Positions 55,996 to 60,169 of a stretch of 60,169 bases of DNA are shown here, piece after piece (positions within the stretch are counted from its first letter, which is position 1; each line of letters opens with the position of its first letter). Where the stretch lies: the IMG/VR virus record IMGVR_UViG_3300028572_000013, positions 1 through 60,169 of that record; one strand, 5' to 3'. The DNA comes from a virus (Duplodnaviria > Caudoviricetes). The translations under genes and the position numbers were made by a program. Under the pieces are notes generated by a model. That model saw only the letters and a program-made list of their open reading frames with translations, was not told the origin of the DNA and did not search any database.

Positions 55996-56385
55996 ATGGG
56001 ACGTAAAAACACGCTAGTTACCACATTAGCGACTAATCAAAGTTTATCTGCATCTTTTAATTCAGCACCTACAGTTGTACGGTACATGGATAACTGTAGT
56101 TATCAGATTAATGTAACTACAACTAATTCAGTTGGAACCTTCGCGGTGCAAGTCAGCAATGATTACTACGTCAATGAGGGAAATGACAGTGTTGTTGTCA
56201 ATCCTGGAAATTGGACAAGTTTAACCCTAGCCGGTGGTGTTCCTTTCGTCGCCGCTGCAAATGACACCATTGTAATCAATTTAAATCAATTACCTTTTTA
56301 TGCTGTAAGATTAGCTTATACCTCCACAACTGCTGGAACGGGAACTTGCTCTATCTATATTACAGATAAGAATTTGGGAGGCTAA
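55996..56385 (+). CDS. Putative virion/tail protein, paralog of 1198..1557
   Basis: GAGGAGG RBS; QVSND...NWT motif. Confidence 0.6.
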   Translation: MGRKNTLVTTLATNQSLSASFNSAPTVVRYMDNCSYQINVTTTNSVGTFAVQVSNDYYVNEGNDSVVVNPGNWTSLTLAGGVPFVAAANDTIVINLNQLPFYAVRLAYTSTTAGTGTCSIYITDKNLGG

Positions 56386-56387
56386 TT

Positions 56388-56915
56388 ATGAGTCAATCAT
56401 ATAATTATCCAAGTTCCAGCAATGTAACATTAACGGGTTCTACGAATGGATTACCTATTCCTAATGCCAGCATTGTGGTTGGTGGTGAGAATTCAAGCGG
56501 AAATACGGAACCACTACAGTTAGATGCATCCGGTAATTTAAAAGTATCCTTAGCCGGTGACGTTGTAATCGGAAATGTAAATTTAACTGAAGTCGGTGGT
56601 TCAGCAATTGCATTAGGACAGACAACAATGTCCGCATCATTGCCTGTAACTATTGCTTCCGATCAAAGTTTACCTTTACCTACTGGAGCTGCAACTTCTG
56701 CGAATCAAACGTCTGAGATTAACTTATTAACTGCACGGCTTACCGGATCTTTAGTTCCTACAGCCTTCAATGAAGTTGATTTAACTTATATTGCTTCGGG
56801 AAACGGAACTGGACAAATTGGAACAGCAGTTTATAAACTAGCTTCCGTAACTGTTAAGACATTAACTTTGACTTATGATAGCTCTAATAGGTTATCTACA
56901 GTTGTAGCGAGTTAA
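56388..56915 (+). CDS. Putative fibre-associated protein
   Basis: GGAGG RBS; NLTEVGGSAIALGQTTMSASLPVTIASDQS motif. Confidence 0.6.
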   Translation: MSQSYNYPSSSNVTLTGSTNGLPIPNASIVVGGENSSGNTEPLQLDASGNLKVSLAGDVVIGNVNLTEVGGSAIALGQTTMSASLPVTIASDQSLPLPTGAATSANQTSEINLLTARLTGSLVPTAFNEVDLTYIASGNGTGQIGTAVYKLASVTVKTLTLTYDSSNRLSTVVAS

Positions 56916-56918
56916 TTT

Positions 56919-59843
56919 ATGGCGCTATCATTTAATTTTAATCCATTCACAGGTAACTTTGATCAGATTAGTACAGTAACTATTAATGCTACAGCAAATG
57001 GTTTAAGTATTGATGCAAATCAAGTACTCTCTTTAGGACTCTCTTCAACTTCTACAACCGGTGCGTTAAGCTCTACTGACTGGAATACTTTCAACACAGC
57101 TGCTTCTTCAGTAACATCAGCTACGTCTGCAAATACTCCTAATACTATTGTTAAAAGAGATGCTTCTGGTAATTTTGCTGCTAGTACTTTAACTATCTCA
57201 GGTGCAGATACAATAGCTTCCGGAACTATGGCTATTGGTACAGTTAATGCGAGCATTATTAATATCGGACGAAGTGGTGCAACTGTTAATATCCAAGGTA
57301 CTACAATATTTGAAAATAGTACGACGTTAAATGTTTCAAATCCTGTTATTAATGTCAATACAGCCGGCGGTGTCGGCTCCGGATCTAGTTCTGGTATTAA
57401 CATTGAAGAAAATTCTATAGCAACTGGATATGCTTTAACTTCTGGAGATCGTAATAGTTGGCAGTTTAAAGCACCAAATACAGCTGGACTAGCAACCATA
57501 ACTCCAGGAACAAGCGGCATTACGTTAGCTGGTAGTATCACTAGCGGTACAAACTCTGGTAATAATACTGGGGATGTCACATTATCTACAGCAAATGGGT
57601 TAAGTTTATCAGGTCAAGCCTTGAGTTTAGCTCTATCGTCATCGTCTACGACAGGCGCTCTCAGCTCTACTGATTGGTCAACGTTTAATAGTAAACAAGC
57701 ATCAGGAAACTATATAACGGCTTTAACCGGAGATGCCACTGCTTCCGGGCCTGGAAGTGCTGCTTTAACTCTCGCAACAGTTAACTCCAATGTTGGAACA
57801 TTTGCGTCTGTAACGGTAAATGGAAAAGGTTTAGTAACTGCTGCAGCTGCATTGAGCGGAGATGCAACTACTTCGGGTTCTGCCCTAACATTAGCAACAG
57901 TTAACTCCAATGTTGGTAGTTTTACTAATGCGAACATAACGGTCAACGCAAAGGGATTAATTACCGCCGCATCCAGTGGTACAAACGGAACCGTCACTAG
58001 CTTTGCCTTCACTAATCAAGACAACGTAACTGGGACCGTAACAAATTCCACCACCACCCCAACACTTGCATTAGCGCCAACAAGCTCCACTCCTGCAGCT
58101 TCTAGTTTTGCTTCTTGGGACGCCAACAAAAATTTACAAGCTAATAATTTAATTGAAGGGTACACTACGACTGTGACGGCAGCAGGAACTACCACATTAG
58201 TAGTTGGTAGTACATATCAACAATATTTCACAGGAACGTCAACACAAACAGTGGTATTGCCTGTAACCTCAACCCTAGTCTTAGGTCAACAATTCCAGAT
58301 TATAAATAATAGTACAGGAACTGTAACTGTTGAATCAAGCGGTAGTAACGTTATACAAGTGATGTCGGCTAACACACAGTTGACAGTAACAGTAATTTCT
58401 ACATCTTTAACGACTGCTGCTGCGTGGAATGCTGTATATGTATCAGGAATTGCAGCAGTTATAAACCCCACAATTCAAAAATTCACATCAGGTTCTGGAA
58501 CATACACAACCCCCGCGGGTGTACAATACATTCTCGTTAGAATGGTCGGAGGCGGCGGAGGCGGAGCTGGTGGCGGAAATTCAGGCGGCGGTTCATCCGG
58601 AGGAAACGGTGGAGCGTCGACATTTGGTTCATCGTTGTTATCCGCAGGTGGTGGTACCGGAGGCGCGTTTGGTGGTGGTACCGGAGGCGCCGGTGGTACC
58701 TCAAGCTTAGGTTCTGGACCTTTAGGAACTGCCTTAACCGGTGGACAAGGTGGACCATCGATGTACACCGGCACCGCCGCGTACCAAACAGGCGGCAACG
58801 GCGGTAATACAGCATTTGGAGGTGGTGCAGCTGGTGGTTATGCAAACTCGGGGGGTCTTGCGGGGTCAGCAAACACAGGTGGCGGCGGTGGTGGTGGTGG
58901 CACAGGATCCGCCACTATCCCTGCAGGCGCTGGCGGCGGTGGCGGCGGTTACGTGGACGCCATTATTACCTCACCTACAGCGACATACAGTTATGCCGTT
59001 GGAACTGGAGGAACGGCTGGATCGGCAGGTACCAACGCGGCTGTCGGAGGAGTCGGTGCTGCAGGTTATATTGAAGTCACAGAATATTATACTAATTATC
59101 AAGTTAGTACAACTACTTCAGTTGCAGCAGGCACGTTCTTAGCAGGACCAACAAGTGGTAGTAATGGAAATCCGACCTTTAGAGCTTTACAGGCTCCGAC
59201 ACAGCAAAGATTCACATCTGGATCTGGAACTTATACGACTCCAGCTGGAGCTTTATATCTTCGAGTTAGAATGGCTGGAGCAGGTGGCGGTGGTTGTGGA
59301 TATAATACCTCAGGTGGAGCTGCAGGAAGTGGCGGAGCTGCCAGTGGAAATACAACTTTTGGAACTTCTCTTTTAATCGCTACAAGCGGTGCCCCTGGCA
59401 CCTCAAGTGGAGCAAATAATACGACTGGCGGTGTTGGTGGAGGCACGACGGTTAACTCTCCTGCTATTGCCATTGTTTCACAAACCGGTGGATCTGGTGG
59501 ACCTGGAAACTATTGCGCAACAACGGTTACCACGACTTATGGCGCTCCGGGTGGCACGAATCCATTTGGTGGTGGAGGAATGGGCGGAAGCGGATCTGGG
59601 ATCGCGACTGCTCCTATAGCCAATACTGGTGCAGGCGGATCAGGTGGTGGTGCTAACGGCAGCTCTTCTGGTGTTACCTCAGGTTCTAGCGGTGGAGCGG
59701 GTGGTTATATTGAAGCGTTTATATATAATCCATCTTCAACTTATGCATATTCTGTTCCAACTGGTGGAGCGGCTGGATCCTCTTCCGGAAGTGGAACGGC
59801 TGGAGCTTCCGGCATTATCATTGTTGAGGAACATTATCAATAA
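56919..59843 (+). CDS. Long tail fibre/receptor-binding protein with two glycine-rich domains
   Basis: FNPFTGNFD N-terminus; repeated GALSSTDW and TLATVNSNVG..TVNxKGL; two FTSGSGTYTTPAG-initiated Gly-rich domains. Confidence 0.8.
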   Translation: MALSFNFNPFTGNFDQISTVTINATANGLSIDANQVLSLGLSSTSTTGALSSTDWNTFNTAASSVTSATSANTPNTIVKRDASGNFAASTLTISGADTIASGTMAIGTVNASIINIGRSGATVNIQGTTIFENSTTLNVSNPVINVNTAGGVGSGSSSGINIEENSIATGYALTSGDRNSWQFKAPNTAGLATITPGTSGITLAGSITSGTNSGNNTGDVTLSTANGLSLSGQALSLALSSSSTTGALSSTDWSTFNSKQASGNYITALTGDATASGPGSAALTLATVNSNVGTFASVTVNGKGLVTAAAALSGDATTSGSALTLATVNSNVGSFTNANITVNAKGLITAASSGTNGTVTSFAFTNQDNVTGTVTNSTTTPTLALAPTSSTPAASSFASWDANKNLQANNLIEGYTTTVTAAGTTTLVVGSTYQQYFTGTSTQTVVLPVTSTLVLGQQFQIINNSTGTVTVESSGSNVIQVMSANTQLTVTVISTSLTTAAAWNAVYVSGIAAVINPTIQKFTSGSGTYTTPAGVQYILVRMVGGGGGGAGGGNSGGGSSGGNGGASTFGSSLLSAGGGTGGAFGGGTGGAGGTSSLGSGPLGTALTGGQGGPSMYTGTAAYQTGGNGGNTAFGGGAAGGYANSGGLAGSANTGGGGGGGGTGSATIPAGAGGGGGGYVDAIITSPTATYSYAVGTGGTAGSAGTNAAVGGVGAAGYIEVTEYYTNYQVSTTTSVAAGTFLAGPTSGSNGNPTFRALQAPTQQRFTSGSGTYTTPAGALYLRVRMAGAGGGGCGYNTSGGAAGSGGAASGNTTFGTSLLIATSGAPGTSSGANNTTGGVGGGTTVNSPAIAIVSQTGGSGGPGNYCATTVTTTYGAPGGTNPFGGGGMGGSGSGIATAPIANTGAGGSGGGANGSSSGVTSGSSGGAGGYIEAFIYNPSSTYAYSVPTGGAAGSSSGSGTAGASGIIIVEEHYQ

Positions 59844-60169
59844 TTTTAAATAGTTGGGAATAAATATGTCAATTTTAATAGCATTTTTAGTAAGTAAATT
59901 TCAATCGTTGATCTTTAAAGCTCAACCAGCAATCTCTGTAATCTCACCATTTGTATCGAAGATTATCTCTATAGCCCCCTTACCAGTTGGTATTCTGATT
60001 GGTTATATCTTTCACGCAGAGATTAAGATTGCATTCGAAGCTATTCACGCTTTAATAAAACTAATTTCATTAATTTAAGGAGAAAACATGAAGAACGTAA
60101 GCTGCAATGTATTAAGTGCATCAGATGCTACAAGTCAAAATGGAGCTCAGATTGATTCAAATCAACTCG
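59844..60169 (+). repeat. Terminal redundancy with 954-1279 (circular overlap)
   Basis: Offset 58,890; 4 SNPs, last 127 nt identical. Confidence 0.93.
59866..60078 (+). CDS. Small membrane protein (copy of 976..1188)
   Basis: One amino-acid difference (I/V). Confidence 0.65.
   Translation: MSILIAFLVSKFQSLIFKAQPAISVISPFVSKIISIAPLPVGILIGYIFHAEIKIAFEAIHALIKLISLI

Noticed and set aside
53556-59853. Antisense and alternate-frame ORFs over long genes (also 8580, 15306, 24560, 32205 and similar)
   Set aside because: Shadow ORFs of biased coding sequence, with no RBS or motifs
59844-60169. Biological direct terminal repeat
   Set aside because: The exact overlap is 127 nt, ends mid-gene and flanks an allele bubble, which fits assembly circularity better
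1-60169. tRNA genes, integrase or prophage boundaries
   Set aside because: No cloverleaf, site-specific recombinase or flanking host genes were recognised by eye; tRNAscan was not run

Overview
The window is an essentially complete tailed dsDNA phage genome with podovirus-like organisation. It circularises at 58,890 bp: positions 60043-60169 are identical to 1153-1279. Positions 1-~955 carry an alternative allele of the tail-fibre C-terminus. Modules: (1) tail, fibre and virion accessory genes, 56 kb wrapping round to 6.5 kb; (2) lysis and envelope enzymes (GH24 lysozyme, SLT, trypsin-like and subtilisin proteases); (3) recombination and replication (SF2 helicase, RecA-like, SbcD/SbcC, SSB-like, primase-helicase, family A polymerase); (4) packaging and head (TerL, portal, scaffold, capsid); (5) an accessory island; (6) adaptor, nozzle and ejection proteins. 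The main discovery is that the major capsid gene is split by four group I introns within its first 111 codons, leaving exons of 43, 41, 221, 28 and 951 nt. Splice sites were reconstructed by hand from P1, P10, P7 and the terminal G, and they give one open 427-aa protein. The introns carry GIY-YIG, HNH, remnant and EndoVII-type endonuclease genes. Other notable items are a 14-bp motif (GGTCAwTCCGCTAA) ahead of four virion modules, a structured ~270-nt RNA ahead of an HNH gene, two candidate sRNAs, many apparently leaderless genes, an iteron-like repeat array, and an xAxGG motif shared by internal virion proteins. No database searches or folding programs were run, so product calls rest on motifs and synteny.
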